Assembly: GCF_000485595.1 (NCBI RefSeq)
Contig: NW_014577087.1
Span: forward strand, 482,303 to 546,302
Direction of reading: 5' to 3'
DNA: 64,000 bases
Origin: Priapulus caudatus
Lineage: Eukaryota
Position 1 is the first letter of the stretch, and the number at the start of each line of letters is the position of its first letter. Positions 15,525 through 30,700 of this stretch are shown here, piece by piece. Under the pieces are notes generated by a model. The model worked only from the letters and a program-made list of their open reading frames with translations, did not search any database and was not told the DNA's origin. Both the position numbers and the translations under genes were made by a program.

Positions 15525-15705
15525 AATAACTTACTCTGACGAAATTTTTGTCCATCTCTCCGACAGACTTCCTCCGGTCTAACGTTTCCAGGTAGATGGC
15601 AGCACTGGAAATTTTCCGTTTCCAGTGCTGCCATCTACCTGGAAACGTTAGACCTGAGGAAGTCTGTCGGAAATATGTACAAAAATTTCGTCAGAGTAAG
15701 TTATT
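15525..15705. repeat. Long near-perfect inverted repeat (87-bp arms, 7-nt loop)
   Basis: 15525-15611 pairs with 15619-15705 with few mismatches; pairing extends to 15479-15487/15706-15714. Confidence 0.9.
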
Positions 15706-17827
15706 AGCATGTAATTGTAAACTTCTAGGTGTTTGATCACTTCCTTCTTTTACTTTTAGCACCTTTTACAATCTTCTACGTTATAGAACATCGGTACCTC
15801 ATAATATCATCAAACACATCACAGGTATACCTGCGCTATCATATGTGAACACTGAACATTGTCTTGATCAAACAGAGTATTGTCAACATAAATAGTATAA
15901 ACAATGTAAGTATACTGCGGGTGTGTCACGACTAATGTATTTATTTGCTGGACCAAATATTCACAGGTTTATAGTTGTTGTTATTACTGGTGGGTAATTA
16001 CCGACCCACCAACTAACTACCCCACAGCAGTTAGTGAACTCTATACAGGTAATGTCAAGGAGACCTATATATGTCCAAGCAGACCTGTGCTAGGTACAGC
16101 AGATACCATGGTGATTTATGTCATTCCTCCGACACGCACTTCAACTTCTGTCGTGCTGCCGACTTTTTAAGGTAGAGAGTCCATAAGGCTTACTTGATCA
16201 AGGCCATGAACAATGCATATCGTTAATTAGCTGAGGTACGCGGCATTGCTCAGGGAAAAAAGATTCAGAATAACTTGTTTAGGAAATTCTGACCTATGTA
16301 TAAATTTACTTAATTCGAAGGATAGTCGTAAAAGAGAAACAAAATATGATTATTCTGACAAAAACAGTTTGAAAGATGGATACTTATGCGCAGTGTGGTT
16401 TCTGCATCAACCTTTTAAAACTATTATCTCTCAAATAAATCGATAAAATCATATACACAAATTAGGTCTCGCCTATTAGCGGACATATTACCGATTATGC
16501 CAGTATAAAAATTACCACGAGTATGTGCTGCTAAGGTATATGAAACGGCAAATAACCGCAGCCACATTCTTCTGTGTTGCGAAAATTACATTGTAATCAT
16601 CAACCATCTGACAAAAGTGCGTAAATTAAAACGTAGTGATTTTAGACTAGTACAGCATCTCTATAATACGTTATGCAAATTACCATTACCAACGTGTATA
16701 TGGAAAACGCCAAAAAGAAGCCAACGCAGAAATTACAATCCCTGCGCATTCTGGTAAAAGTAATCATGTACGAGTGATCTAAGATACGTTAGTCTTACTG
16801 TACACACTTTCTGTTATGCAAGCAATAAAAGCATTGTATTGGTCAGAAAAATCTGGGCGCATGCAGTCAGTCAGAAAGACTGTTCTAAATCCTTACTACT
16901 ACACTCGTGAGTATATTGTCCACTGTATCTGTGTGTTCCCCACGCGACAATCGTGATTACCAGAAGTAACTTAAGATTCATCTTCATCATAATTGTCATT
17001 GCCATCGCATTCGTCATCACACTATTATTAAGCATATTATTCTGTTATTACAATATCTGTGCTTATCATACTCTCGATGATACTTATATGGTATTCACTA
17101 CCTCAGATATTCTTTACAGCCCAAAGCCTACACGCAGTCTAATCAATATGCCTATCCCAAAAGGCTACGTATACAAACATGGCTAGTCCAGCAGTGTACT
17201 TGCCATTATAAGAAGAGTAAAACATGGACGCTATAAATGAACACTTTACTCTATCGCTGGTTATGGAATCCCGTGTGTACTCCTGCCCATGGCTGATTGA
17301 GCACATGATTAACCCAGTAGATTTGTAAACATTCATCAGCAAACTACAATTACATACGAAGACAGCTACTCGCCGCTGCCGCTGCCGCCACTGTTGCTGC
17401 TGCTGCTGCTGCTGGCTGCTGCCGTCACCGCTGCTGCTGGCTGCTGCCGTCACCACTGCTGCTGGCTGCTGCTGCTGCCCGATGTGTCACGTACATTACA
17501 CGAGCCGCACAGGAAATGATGAGAAGCCACGCCTATCAACCAGGCACATGATGATCACGCCACGCCTTAATCCTGCCTGGCATCAGCCAAGCTTTGCCAA
17601 GAAACTAATCCCGATCGAAATTCCAAACATGCTGGCAGCAGTAATAGCAGAAATTCCAACTACGCGACTGTACGGTACCATCTATCAAACGCATGCGCGC
17701 ACGCACATACGTGCGAATTCGCACACATACACCGGTACAGACACATGGCCGCACAGACCAACACGCATGCACGCACGCACGCGCGCCCACACTCATGTAC
17801 AGACGCATGGACGTACACACATACAAC

Positions 17828-18016
17828 CAGGGAAAAAAATAAACTTTATTTTTCGGGGGCTACTTTTCAAGCTCGCGTGCATGAAAATAGCACTCTAAAA
17901 TTTGGTTTGCATTGAACTCTATGCAAATTTACGGGGGCTCTTTTTAGCATTTCCGGGGCTGTTTTTGGCATTTCGGGGGCTAAATCGCCCCGAGCCCCCG
18001 TGTATTTTTTCCACTA
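17828..18016. mobile_element. hAT-like MITE
   Basis: Termini CAGGGAAAAAAATA / TATTTTTTCCACTA, perfect 8-bp target-site duplication CATACAAC (17820-17827, 18017-18024), internal CGGGGCT repeats. Confidence 0.75.
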
Positions 18017-18519
18017 CATACAACACATTAACAAAGGCGTTTCATCCCACCCCTCATGGAGGAATACGCGAAAATAAAAACTTTTAAGTTAAACGCAGTT
18101 ATATTTGGACACAAGATGGTGAAACTTGCAATCACTTTCTAACATGATATCTGCATGCATGTTTTCATAGAAATGACGCAAACGTGAGTAGGATGAAAGT
18201 GTCAATGACACTGTAGCTCACCACAAACAAGTGCCGCGGAGCGACAGCGCTCATCTCACGTCTACTGCGGTGACTCTGTGGTGGAGTGGTGGGATTCTAG
18301 TAAACCCTGTTAGTCCCAAATGTGTTCACATACGCGCCGAAACAGTGGAAGGCACAGGGATGGTATCAGGAACCTTCTCGAAGGAATGTTCGTTGGGATC
18401 GTTATGAAAGTTGCCACGAGATGGCGCGTACGTTTAAGTGTCTTAAGATTAAAGATGGAAGCTCCCATCTTACGTAGTAGCAACAACTATTTGCAAGACA
18501 GAATAGGTAAGCACTCATC

Positions 18520-19080
18520 CATTTACCTATGAATTGACGGCTATCCGCTAGCCAAACTTGGTATACTTACAACATCTTGGGAGAAGTGGGCAAGCGTACG
18601 AAACCAGGTCTAAGCTGCGATCGCTTCTTATGTTGAGCCTTTACCTTGCACCATTGATCAGTTATTTCCTTATCCGCTGACTCTCTAAATACAAACTCGG
18701 CCCCCTAATTGACCTACGCGCTAACAAACGCAGGTCAGGCTACGGACTTTTATTTTGACCTTTACCTTCGACGCTTGATGCATATTTTTCCTCTTCATGC
18801 TCATATAAGTCGGCCTAATCTGACCTGAGCCGACCAAACTTGGCTATACTTACACATTCTTGGGAGAGGGTGTGTCGGCGAAAGCCATCAGGTCGACTTT
18901 TTTTCAACCTTTATTCTGATCCATGACCTTGCAGCCTGAACCTTATTTTTTTGGCGGACGGCGTCATTAATTTCCTTTTCGCGCACTCTAATAACTCGGC
19001 GCCGCGCTAATTGACATAGCGGGGCGACCAAGCTTCGTATACTTTGACAGCATCTTGTGGAGAACAACGGGGGATAGCAT
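18520..19080. repeat. Degenerate satellite-like repeats
   Basis: The motif CCAAACTTGGTATACTTACAACATCTTGGGAGA recurs at ~18551, ~18834 and ~19028, with TGACCTT-rich spacers and many indels. Confidence 0.55.
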
Positions 19081-22000
19081 GTAGTGCGGCGAGCAACGTG
19101 CCGGCTTTTCTAGTTTTTCAGCTAGCAGCTCTGGAAATGCCAGTCAAGTGATGTTGATAATGTTATTCAGAAGAATTCGTACGTCATTTGTAGTGCTCGT
19201 AGCGGAGAGCGGTCAATGTGAAGTGAGATGTAGCGTAGCTCTGGACCTTTGCTTTTGTCCGTTGTTGGACTTGTCGTGCATCATAACTGCTCTCTAGACG
19301 TGGACGATAGGCCAGTAGGGTGACTACTCAATACGTTTCACATCGGTGTGTTCAGCAAGGACATAATGTTTTAGCGCGGGTGGTTTTTAGTCAGAAAATT
19401 TTGTGGACCTCGTACAATTTGTAGTAAAGAATCGAAACTGTATGAAAGCTGTATGATAAAGCCTAAGTGAAGAAGCTTTTTTTAGGGGAGTCTAGAAGAA
19501 GTGATGGGATGGAGGAAAGTTACGCCCGCGTAGCTTGTATTGATCATGGGCTAATGTTGAAGGTCTAATTTTCATGAAATCTCAGTTAAAGTTGCTGAAG
19601 TTTCACATTTCAGCTTTGGCTTTTTTATAACCAATTAACAGGCATCAAGGCTGGTTTATTTTTCTAAGGCCGGTTATCTAGTAGTATGTCTGACAATAGG
19701 TAAAGCGACCACATTTGCATCGTGCAAATTTTTATTTTTGTTTGCGATGTCACAAGAGACAAAATGTAACTTTAACATTGTTTTAGAAGTGAAATCGAGG
19801 AGTAAGTATGAGGCATGTATAAAATCTGATTACAAAAGAAGTTGGATATCAGTAGAAATGAGCAACTTCGACAGATTGCGCATTCACACAATAACCGTGG
19901 CACAGTAAACCTCTGGTTTCCAGGATCATCCTGATTGGGTCAATCCTTTAAGCAATAATACACCATGAAGGCCAATTAATGTTGGATCCATTGTGTACCT
20001 GCCGTCCATCACATTCCAGACTTTCACCATCTCAACACCATTATTTTCACTACAATTAACCCATAAATTATCAAAAAGAAGGTATATAAATGGCCGAATT
20101 TCTGCCCTATATACTCTCTTTGTTTCTATATATGTACAGTTGATGGTTGCTCAATTAAAAAACCTGACTTCTTGTCACTCACTCATCTTGTGTCCTCTTT
20201 TCGCTCATCTGACACTCAAGTCAGAGGCAGCCTTGTAGAATCGCAACGATTGACCGTCGTCCCGGTGCGTGCTGGGCCCGTTCGTTGCGTGTCAACAAGT
20301 TGGGGCACAAATCTACAACGGCTCGACGTTGGTCACGGCACGAATTTCGGACGGGCGGGGGGGGGTAAGTCCGAAAACGAGTTGGAATGTCGAAGCTGGG
20401 GGTAAGGTCAAAGGTCAAGAGGTGTAAAAGAAGGGAACATTCCCTCCTTAACTTAAGGTATAGGAGGAAATGCAGAATTCGGCAGCAGAATTAAACGGCT
20501 CGACCATAGCTCGTGATAGTCGGTGTATAGATCATGGTAGAGAAAAGCCATCAGTCTGTCGAAATTGGAGGTCACAGGTCAACTGGGGCACAGGGCAGAG
20601 TTTTAGACATTTTGTGAGGACATGGTCTGACGGCAATGAAAAACTTTTGTTTCAGCGGAGACTACCATTTTTATGGCTTTATTGAAAGGACGCATGAAAG
20701 TTACTTTCCGTTGACATGTGAAGAGTAAGCTGTCTGATATCTTTGTGACGCTCAGAGAGGGTTAAAAATGGATTTGTTTACTGTTAGAAAGAATTTGACT
20801 GCCGGTTGCTAGTAGAATCTATACATGCTGGATGTATGAGGCTTACAATGTCACAGTGAAATTTCAAAAGCTAAATTTGGTTGAAAAGGTTTATGCTCTC
20901 TTAAATCGTATAATTTCTATGCATTCTGTATCGTCAGTGTGTTACATGCAACTTATGCCACTGCCAGTGCTCTGTGGTAGTGATAGTACTTGTAGTTTTT
21001 CGCTAGCGTATAATTAGTGTAGGCAGGTGCAGCTCTCTATTTTAGGCCGACTGGGCAGGCTTGCATAAGGTTAATNNNNNNNNNNNNNNNNNNNNNNNNN
21101 GTTCACCTCCTCAAACATTTATGTTCAGGCATAAAAAATTACCAACATAATGTAGTCAGTAGCTATATAAATGGCGAAAGGTTTCTCCTATATACTCCTT
21201 TGTTTCTATATATGACGGTTGATGGTTGCTCAATTAAAAAACCTGACTTCGTTGTCACTTCACTCATCTTGTGTTCCTCTTTTCAGCTCAGTCTGACATC
21301 ACAGTCAGAGCAGCCTGTAGAATCGCAGCTGATTGACCGTGCGTCCCGTTGCGTAGCTGGGCCCGTTCGTTGCGGTGTCAACAGTTGAGGCGCACAAATC
21401 TACAACGGCTCCGGACGGTCACGGCACTGAATTTCGGACGGGCGGGGGGGGGTAATCGCGAAAACGACGTTGGAATGTCGAAGCTTGGGGGGAGAGGTGC
21501 GAAAGGGTCAAGAGGTGTAAAAAGAAGGACATTTCCCTCCTTACTTAAGTATAGGAGGAATGGAATGCAAGATTGCCGAGCAGCAATATAAAGCGGCTCG
21601 AGTCTGAGATGTGGGCGAGTGATGGCGTTACACCTAAATGATCGCCATTTAACGTTTTTATAATATTCAGATTTAGGCACTGCCTAAAAGCAGAGCTACC
21701 AATGTGTAACGTGTAAGATTGAGAGGATACGCTTATTCCACGTAGCTGCTATATACCACGTGACAATGGTGTTTCCCTGACCATAACAGAACTTTTGTCA
21801 AAGATTAATTGGTTGCATGGAAGTGTTTACTTCGTATGAGATTTTTTAGGCGGTAGCACACGGTTGCCATCTGTATATCGCAATAACAATTTATAAACCA
21901 AAATAAATCACAATTTGTGACGGTAGATGGCGCTATACCCGCTTTGATGTTTCTTAGCGATGGTGTTCGAAATAAATAGGTTATGCTGCGTTCCAACATG

Positions 22001-22099
22001 TTTTGTAAAACTTTACTCTAATATAGACGTTTTATCGGCAGGGTGGAGAGGAAATACCAATTTTGCATTAAAGATATTGTCAATGAAATCTTGTAAAAC

Positions 22100-22497
22100 G
22101 AACCAGACGAGTGTGACACCACAGACTGTTATCTGCGTGTCTATATAATATGCTATATAATTTCCAAAACCTACCTAATTTGCATAATTTTTTTTTAAAT
22201 ATTAAAACCCTTGTAATACGTTTTGGAGCCAGCCCTTATTCATTCACATGCCAAAAATGAGCAAAATCTGTTGAACCTGAACTGTCTAATGGCAATTTCC
22301 ATTTTTGCCAAAAAATTGCCGTGGCTCGAAAGTACGTCGACTGGCGTGCTCCAAAAGCAGTAACAACTATACCCAATTTCAAACATGTGGGTCAAACGGT
22401 TCCTGAGTTATCGTTGACCGTAGCCAAATGTTGACGGAAGGACGTACGACGACCCATGGCAATAGCTCATCTTGACGATGTCAAGGTGAGCTAAAAA
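22100..22497 (-). mobile_element. Terminus of a Helentron/HINE-like non-autonomous element (left boundary approximate)
   Basis: Minus strand starts TTTTTAGCTCACCTTGAC-ATC-GTCAAGATGAGCT (hairpin 22464-22492), followed by a GTCGTC/CCGTC tract. This layout resembles DINE-1/HINE-type elements. Confidence 0.45.
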
Positions 22498-24131
22498 CAT
22501 TAGCAGCAACAACCACTGACAGTGACGTCAAACACGCGTCCACGCACGCACGCACGCGCACGCTCGCGCGGGATGTGCGGGCAGGTTTGTAAAGGTCGGT
22601 GCCACAAGTAGTAACTAGCAGTGCATTCCCCCCATCTCCGAAGCAAGTCACCATGCACGTGTGTCTACCGACTGGCCCCTGCGCGCGGCGATCGCTTGGT
22701 GTGTGCAGGCATGCATGTACGCGCAGCTGCGCGGCTGGCTGTCTGCGAGGGACGCGGCAGCGCTGTAGAAGGTACTAGAATCTAGAAATGTTTTCCTGTA
22801 ACGAAATGTAACGAAAGGCGGGTTTAAAAGCGAACGTTCCCAGAAAAGGGACCCGGTTTCCCAAACTTTCACTGACAGGGCAGCTCTCTGCGAAGTACTT
22901 GCGGTCGGCCCGCACACACCTGACTGCTGTACATACCTGGCACAATATGGCCTGACCGCGGTGACACGGCAAGGTTGAAGGTTGATTGACAGTGTTTTAA
23001 TGCAGTGACACGCATGGGCATGTACAGGGGGACACATTTGCACACGAGGGAACACCAGCATGCATACAATAGTAACAACTACAAGTAATAATTGCATTAC
23101 AGTTCATCAACACACAAAGAGCTATCTGCATTGTAGATTTACACATTTGAGAAAAAATAACTATACCTACGAATAGATGGTTATAGATCTATGGTTTCCT
23201 CCCATTTGCAAATATTCATAGATCAACGACACGCATGGATCAACGCTGACTAATTGTAATAAGCCAGTATAATCCAGTCTTTTTTGGAAAAGGAAAGGTC
23301 TAAGGCAATATGATGAAACCAACTCCTAGTCCTAATGAATTGTATTTAGCTCTAAATGCAGGTCAACAATGCAGGGCCCCAATATCAATGTTTTAGAACG
23401 CACAGGCACGTAAACATAGACGCACACCATAACAATGCACTGCCGATGTTTACTCAAAATACATTTGTCTAGCACCATAGGATAAAAGTGAATGAAAGTT
23501 CTCTAAAACAAGATCACCAGTCTGCATCATATATTAAAATTATGCATTCATTTCATTTAAAACGTGGTTTTACTCAGGTAAGATCAAGCTAGTTTGCTCT
23601 TGTACACAATGTTGAAAAAATATCACACACACAGTTACACTGGTACATGTTTCTGACGACCAGAACAGCTCCTGCAATCCTAAGGCCTGGGGCAAGTAAA
23701 ACAGGACTGAGCTCTCGGTAAGTACTGTATAAAGCTCAACACGTGCACTTCCACGCTGTATCTTCACAGCAACTGAAAAACAGGATCACAGGCAGTCTTC
23801 GCAATAACTGCCGCAACATTGACACGGCAGTCCATACATCTCAGTCAGTACCTATTTCTACCATTTCTACCAACCAAGTATTAATTACTTACGATAAACC
23901 CAACGTTAATACTTGCAGCTTACTGCCAAATTGACACCGGTATATACCACACATAATATACTATACACATATACACGGAAATAGGGCTGCATAAGATAGC
24001 TAAAGCATGTTAACATTTTCCCGTTCAAACAGAGAGAAATCATGGGAAGCCAGTGCTTTGGTTGCTCATTACAAATATAAAAATGCACAGGAATGCCATA
24101 AGAAAATACTGGCGAGTGGCGAGGATGCTAA

Positions 24132-24451
24132 AGCCTAGCACAGACCTGCGATTTTTGGTGGCTCGTCACTGCAACCTGCAACAGCAAGCGATCAGTCGAT
24201 GTGTCACCGCATGTGTGCACACATGCGATTTCAAAGCAATTCTAGAACAATTTGGGAGCGATTGGGAGCGACGAGTCGCACAAAATCCAAAAAGTTTTAT
24301 TTCTTGCAACTCGTCGCAAGCGACCAGAATCGCTACGGGTTGCAGTTGCACGTTCCCGCAGACGTAGCGATTTCACAGCAACTTTTACAGAATTTTTACA
24401 TCTAGAATCGCTGTCGAGTTGTATGATAAAGTCGCAGGTCTGCGCTAGACT
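24132..24451. mobile_element. Harbinger/Tourist-like MITE
   Basis: TIRs AGCCTAGCACAGACCTGCGA / TCGCAGGTCTGCGCTAGACT with a TAA direct repeat on both sides; internal TCGC/GCGA repeats. Confidence 0.75.
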
Positions 24452-27400
24452 TAAGCAATCCCAGCAATAAGATAACAATTAGATACAAACAGATACAAAT
24501 AATTAATAATTATGGGTAACAATGCTTTGATGATTTCTGATACCAGCCTCTGGTGCTGATATAAATCTACACTACAGTAGCAATATGAATCTGCTAGATT
24601 ATAATATGGAACCTTTAAATGTTGCGAGGGGGTTGTTTGGCTATCTTATAAATATCAATATCTGAGCTATATACATGTAAAAAGTAACAAACTTGTAATG
24701 TGTAACAAGATAAGTAATTAAAAAGATCTACTTTGTAAATCATACTCCTTTCTAAATATGTATGAAATCGAGGCCTGGACCAGCTATACTGGATGGCTGC
24801 AGATCCACGCCACTACCCCAAGTGGGTTCGACCAGCTTAACACTTAATGCCATCAAGTTGAAAATTTAGCAATGAACTACTTTCTAAACTTGTGCAAAGA
24901 CATTCTGTAATCATCATGTATGGTTATCAAATCTATGTCTGAAGACTAAAGAAATTTGTATGATAACTCGTTATTGACAGGGTTGCACATTGACCTCTAA
25001 GTAAATAAGTGTATCTGACGTGCTTTTTGTGTACTTTCCTTACGCAGTCAGGCAGTCGCTATTTTCACTCACGCAATGACTTCATTTGGCAATGTACGGA
25101 TAACTTCTCAAATAAACGAGGGGGGGGGGAATAGTGACTAGTAATAGTAGTAGTTAGTACAAGAACCACTTGCGATTATAATAATACTAATAATGTGACC
25201 ACCTTACCTATCAGTTTCGCTGCTGTGTCGACTATCCATCTTCAAGTGAAGTTTTCAATCACACTTTAACCCATATAAAGGTAATGTCACTAATGAGGCC
25301 AAGACTTATGTTATGACTCCTGTGTAATTTGTGTACTACTACTAGGTATTATGCCAAATAGGTAGTCCGTCTCCGACGGCCTGGCTTCATTAAGAAGTTC
25401 CAATGTCAATCTTTAAAGGGTTACTTTGGTATTTCAAAGCATGGCCCCAGAAATGATTCAGCAGTTAGTTCCTTCGTTCGTCGCCAGTGGCATGGCTAAA
25501 TTTACAAGTACATGTAAACACACACCCATTACTCGGACTACGTACTAACTGTCGACCATGCTCTGCCTTATCTCACAGTTTTCAGCGCGGTTGATTTCTA
25601 AATAAGCAACTGAGCAGTTGTAAACAAAGAACAACTAATAATATGCACTATAGTTATGCAAGTCGTTGGAAAACATCGAAAAAATGCACTTCTTATCAAT
25701 AGAAAGTTGTTGCTGCTCTTTGGACGGCTCACGCTAAAACAATACGCGCACAAAACATAGTTTGGGTGAGATAATGAATGCTTTTAGAAGATTACAAATG
25801 TATGACTTTTATTATAAGACATATATAAAACAAAATACTACAATGAATGGTAGATAACTAAATAAAAAATATTATATTATTTAAATCAGTGATTTTACGT
25901 ACAATAAAGTACAACAAGTAGTTCCTTCGCGATTGATACCTATACATGACTAGATAATATCGCCCTGCCATCTATGAGGAAAAAAGATCAACCAAAAACG
26001 AAGCCTCAGAGTCGCGTAATTATGACGTCTATTACTTAGTCAACATATTTGTTCACGATAAAAAATAGATAAATGTCATATATATATATATATATATCAG
26101 TATGGCAACTGTTAATGTCAATGATTGGAATCACGCATGGTTACTTATCACATTACATATATAATTACCCTTGTTTTTAAACTAGACCAGTATAGATAGC
26201 TAGGGCAGTGTAATGTAAAGTAAAATGTTTATCTAATGCTGTTTAATTATTGGCAAATGTTTTCAAGTACTCAAAGTAGCATAACTAACATATTATATGC
26301 AAAGTAAACTTTGACATTTTATTTGGTTCCGACTAGTTCATTACAACAATTAAAGAAATGTTAACAATAAAATGACAAAGCATATAACTTATTATAATTA
26401 TAAGTTTTGTAATACTTTTTTTTTTCAAATCACAATGTTCTTACATGTATATTCCTAGGTTACTACTTTATCACTGCTAATATGGCCAAACCAGTTAATT
26501 GTGAATCTATAGCTGCAAATCTGTCATCATGATGGCACTCATTAAAAATCACCAATTTCTAGTTTACATGGCTATAGTTTACAACATCAACCTAATGAGA
26601 AAACCCAAATTTCTATTTGACCATCTAACATTCACAACATGAATAAGATCCTAGGAATAGGTGATAGAATCGAGTTGATAACTAGAGTGATGATGCGTGT
26701 GTTCTCACATATATGCATACTGCATAACAAGCACACACTTGTAAACCTACATATAGGTCACTAGCAAATACACAGTTATGGTGATAGACATGGCATAAAC
26801 GTGAACCATGAAATGTGAACGTGAAGTTGTGAACCTTCCAATGTAAAACGTGAATATGGATATTGAACTAATAATGGATATTTCAATATACGTTCACAGC
26901 AGAAATAATTTTGCACGCTATTATCTCCTTACATACAAAAACACATGTCGTGACATTACTTGTTACCTGTACAAACACACACAGAGAAAAACGAGATATG
27001 AACAACAATCTCCTTTCTATACAAGAACGATGCAAAAGATGAAGCAGGCAATCTAAACAAGTTATCCCATTATAAAATGATACAACCAAAATGTATGTCA
27101 GAACAGTGATTATTTTTTAGTCTGCATGCATAGTAAGCGACATCACCAAACAAAGCTGTGTGGGGGAATACTGGAGCTACTCCGAGCTAGACAAGCCAAA
27201 ACGTATTAGTGGCTTTCCAGATATTGCTCTGATACTGTTACAGCAACACCACCGAATGTTGTAGCATTGCACATAAAAATTAAAGTGCATTAACAGTATG
27301 TGGCCGTGAGTTAATTCTAGCAGTGTGCGAGCAGCAGAGTTCTTCATAAGCACATATTTTGGATGCAATAACAGAAAACACATTCAACGCACATATGTGG

Positions 27401-27781
27401 CCTGTGAAGTGGGTTTCATTTTATGTATTTAATGACACATTATTACATCATCTTTCGGATCAAACGAATTGGACGAATTTTTGTGTTAGTAGTTGTGCAT
27501 TAGTAGTCCTTGCATGCTGCAGATATTTCTGCTTGGTTTTATAATTAACGATTTTTATAAATTAAGGAATTAATCCTAGTCCTAGATAAAATAATCTGAC
27601 CCAGATTTTGCTAGCTTATTATCCATTTCTGTACAAAGGTAGCAAAAAATACATGTAAAATGCTATAATTCTCTTCATTACAATTGTGCAAAGCAATGTT
27701 CACACTTAATAATTATTCTTTATCTAGGTGAAAACTGTGAAAATATATGCAAATCATTCACTGCTAAATGCTGTACTGTTC

Positions 27782-30700
27782 TTACATCACACTGCATTGT
27801 TCTTCCATCCCTGGCGGAAGTTTCGGCATCCCGTGTTCATCAAACTGCAAACCACCCAGTGCAGGCTCTGCCATGCCAGGTATTCCCTGGAGGAGAAATA
27901 ACACAGACACCCTGGTCATTCACACAGGATTCATCTGCTGCCTATGTCCAGCCTAGTAAGTTAGAAACATGCCCATTCTCTGATATGTTGTTGCAGACCA
28001 ACAAAATGGGTCTAGTTCATGTAACCAGTATGATGCAAATTAAGACAATGATTCACAAGCTAATAGAAAAATATATAGATATACCTCGTTCTTATTCTTC
28101 TTATTCTTATTAAAATGCCTATGCAAATGATATAACAAAGCCGTCGGCATAAAATCAGCAACATAAAAAAACTATTGCATTGTAAATAGAGATGCGTACA
28201 GTCATTATGGATCCTGATACATAGTACATGATGCCAAACATCGCAAGTAAGGTTGCACTACACGTGCATTAGTCCCCTAATTTAGATTTCATACTCACCC
28301 CTGTTTCACCAGTGATATCAGTGGGTGGGTGACCCAACTCCTGCATCTGTAATTTACAGAAGATAACATGGAAAGATATTAATTTACATGTATCTAAATA
28401 AACAAAGATAACAACAATTTTCATGCAGAATAAACTATCAGAAAATATAAGACATCTTGAAACACTTATATAATGAAACAACTAATGAAATATGATCATT
28501 TTTCTCTACGATAATTCCTTGAATAATTATCATGTTAGCAGGTGCCTCATTCTATTATTGAAGATGAACTGAAAGAATCATTAAACAGATGGTTCAGTTG
28601 AAAACAAGTATTGAGAATTAATTTTTCTGAATTTACTGAAAATTAGAAACTATCCATTAGGATATGTCATTTTGGCATGAACGAAGAATAATGACTTTTT
28701 TTTAAAACAAACAGTCACACCGTTAACTTAATTAGCTGCAAACCTCCTGCATGATGGTCATGACTCGCTCAAATCTCTCCTGTTTGACCTGATCGCTGTC
28801 CCCTGGAGTCTCTGCCTCGTAGTCTGTACATATTGTCACCATCAGCTCACACTGCTTGCTGTATTTGTCATGCTCCGCTTGATCTATGACACCCTTTTTC
28901 GCTTCGAGCCATGCAGGGTACTGAGGACAACAGAGAGAAAAGACTTTTCTATCAGAAGTAGATAATGTGATTATTGACCTGCTGGAATCAACATTAGACA
29001 TTATCAGTAGATCAAATGTGACAGACAGAAATTATATGCACGTGCAGAATTCACAATATGATAACCAATGTCTAGTTTTAGACACACATATACCTTACCT
29101 ACACCTGAAATATAAATCACAGCTGATTCACCTCAAGCCATGTGCACTCAGACTATAATTGCTGCAGGCCAGCAAAACACAAGGTACAAAAAAGAATCAA
29201 CTTGTACCTTGGAAGATATTTCTTTGAGTGATGGATACAAAACATCTTTTGATAGTAAGTTTCGCATTAGACCTTGCATCATTGGCATAAATGGGTCACT
29301 AGCACCACCTTCACTTCCCCCGACTCCCAAATTGTTCATTGCATCCAGTATATCTGTTTCTGAAAACTCTGTCTGGAATGAAAAGAGAAATCAGTTAGTA
29401 ACCATGCAGTAACATGACAAGATGATAGACATAATAAAGTTAAATAATACCCATTACGTAAGTTTAGCCATTTATAATTATGGGACCACTATATTTTCTG
29501 TTTAATTTTTCATACCACACTCTAGTAAATTTTGCAGTTTTGTGTACACAAACAGTTTCAAGCAGGATGAGAATGTGCAAGATGCAAAGCTGCCTCATTC
29601 TATTTCTTTTAATCAGAGACAGAAAGGGTAAGCAACTAAATGACTATGAAATAATACCTGTAATGACTTGGCATCCTGGGCCAGACTATTTAGTGTGCCA
29701 GACAAGGATTCTGCAAATTCTTTGTTTGCCTCTGGTGATGACCCTGTAACATTACATTGATTTGCTCTGGCAATGTTTGGCATTCATACATGTCTCTTCA
29801 CCTCGTGCCTGCACTAACACATCCCTACACTTATTACGCCTATACTAAAACACACCTGTGCAGCACTACCATGTCCCCACACCAACACATGCCTGTACCG
29901 ATACATGCATGTACTAATACACACCTACCCTAACACATACCTAGACTAATACATGCCTACATACACACACGCCTGTACTAACACTTATCAATCCTAATGC
30001 CCACCTGCACAAACACATACCTATAGTAACACATGCTCACACCAAGACATCGCCACATTAATACACGACCTCTACTTATACACTCCTGTAGTAACACGTG
30101 CCTGTATTTACATATCCCTGTAGTAATACATGCTGGTACTAACGCAAGACTACCTCATGTGCTTGTACAGATGCAATACATACACTGCCATTGAATTATG
30201 TCAATGTATGCCTGCACTGCCATGCTTTTTTCCACACTACACCATACATATCAATAAACTTAAACTGGTCAAGTATGCGCACAGTAAATTTGATGATGAC
30301 TTCATTAGGATACACATTTTATTTACCTGCTTTCTGTGCAGATTTAGTCAATTTCTGAAACTGTTCCCCTAACTCTGGTTCATCTACCATTAGGTATTGC
30401 ATTGCTTTCTCAAACTGTTCAGATGCTTGCGTGGCACTTTCTGCTTCAAACAGCTCCTTAAATAGGGCTCCTGTATCAAATGTTGCCTCTGCATTTGAGC
30501 CCTGTATGAAAATAAGTACATATTATGGCAGATTTCCGTATCACAAAAGCTATCATGCATTGATGATTCAAGTCCTTTACAAAACACTGGCATAAAAAAA
30601 GGAGTAACATATCATAACTAGTAATAGTAATCACTATGTATATTCAGTAGTCACGGTTCATGTTAGTACACACTCTTGAATAAAGCCATCCGACAATAGA

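Noticed and set aside
20024..21600. Apparent ~470-bp duplication (about 20024-20500 versus 21102-21600)
   Set aside because: The copies differ mainly by scattered single-base indels and straddle a 25-N gap. This looks like noisy long-read gap filling of a repeat rather than a biological duplication.
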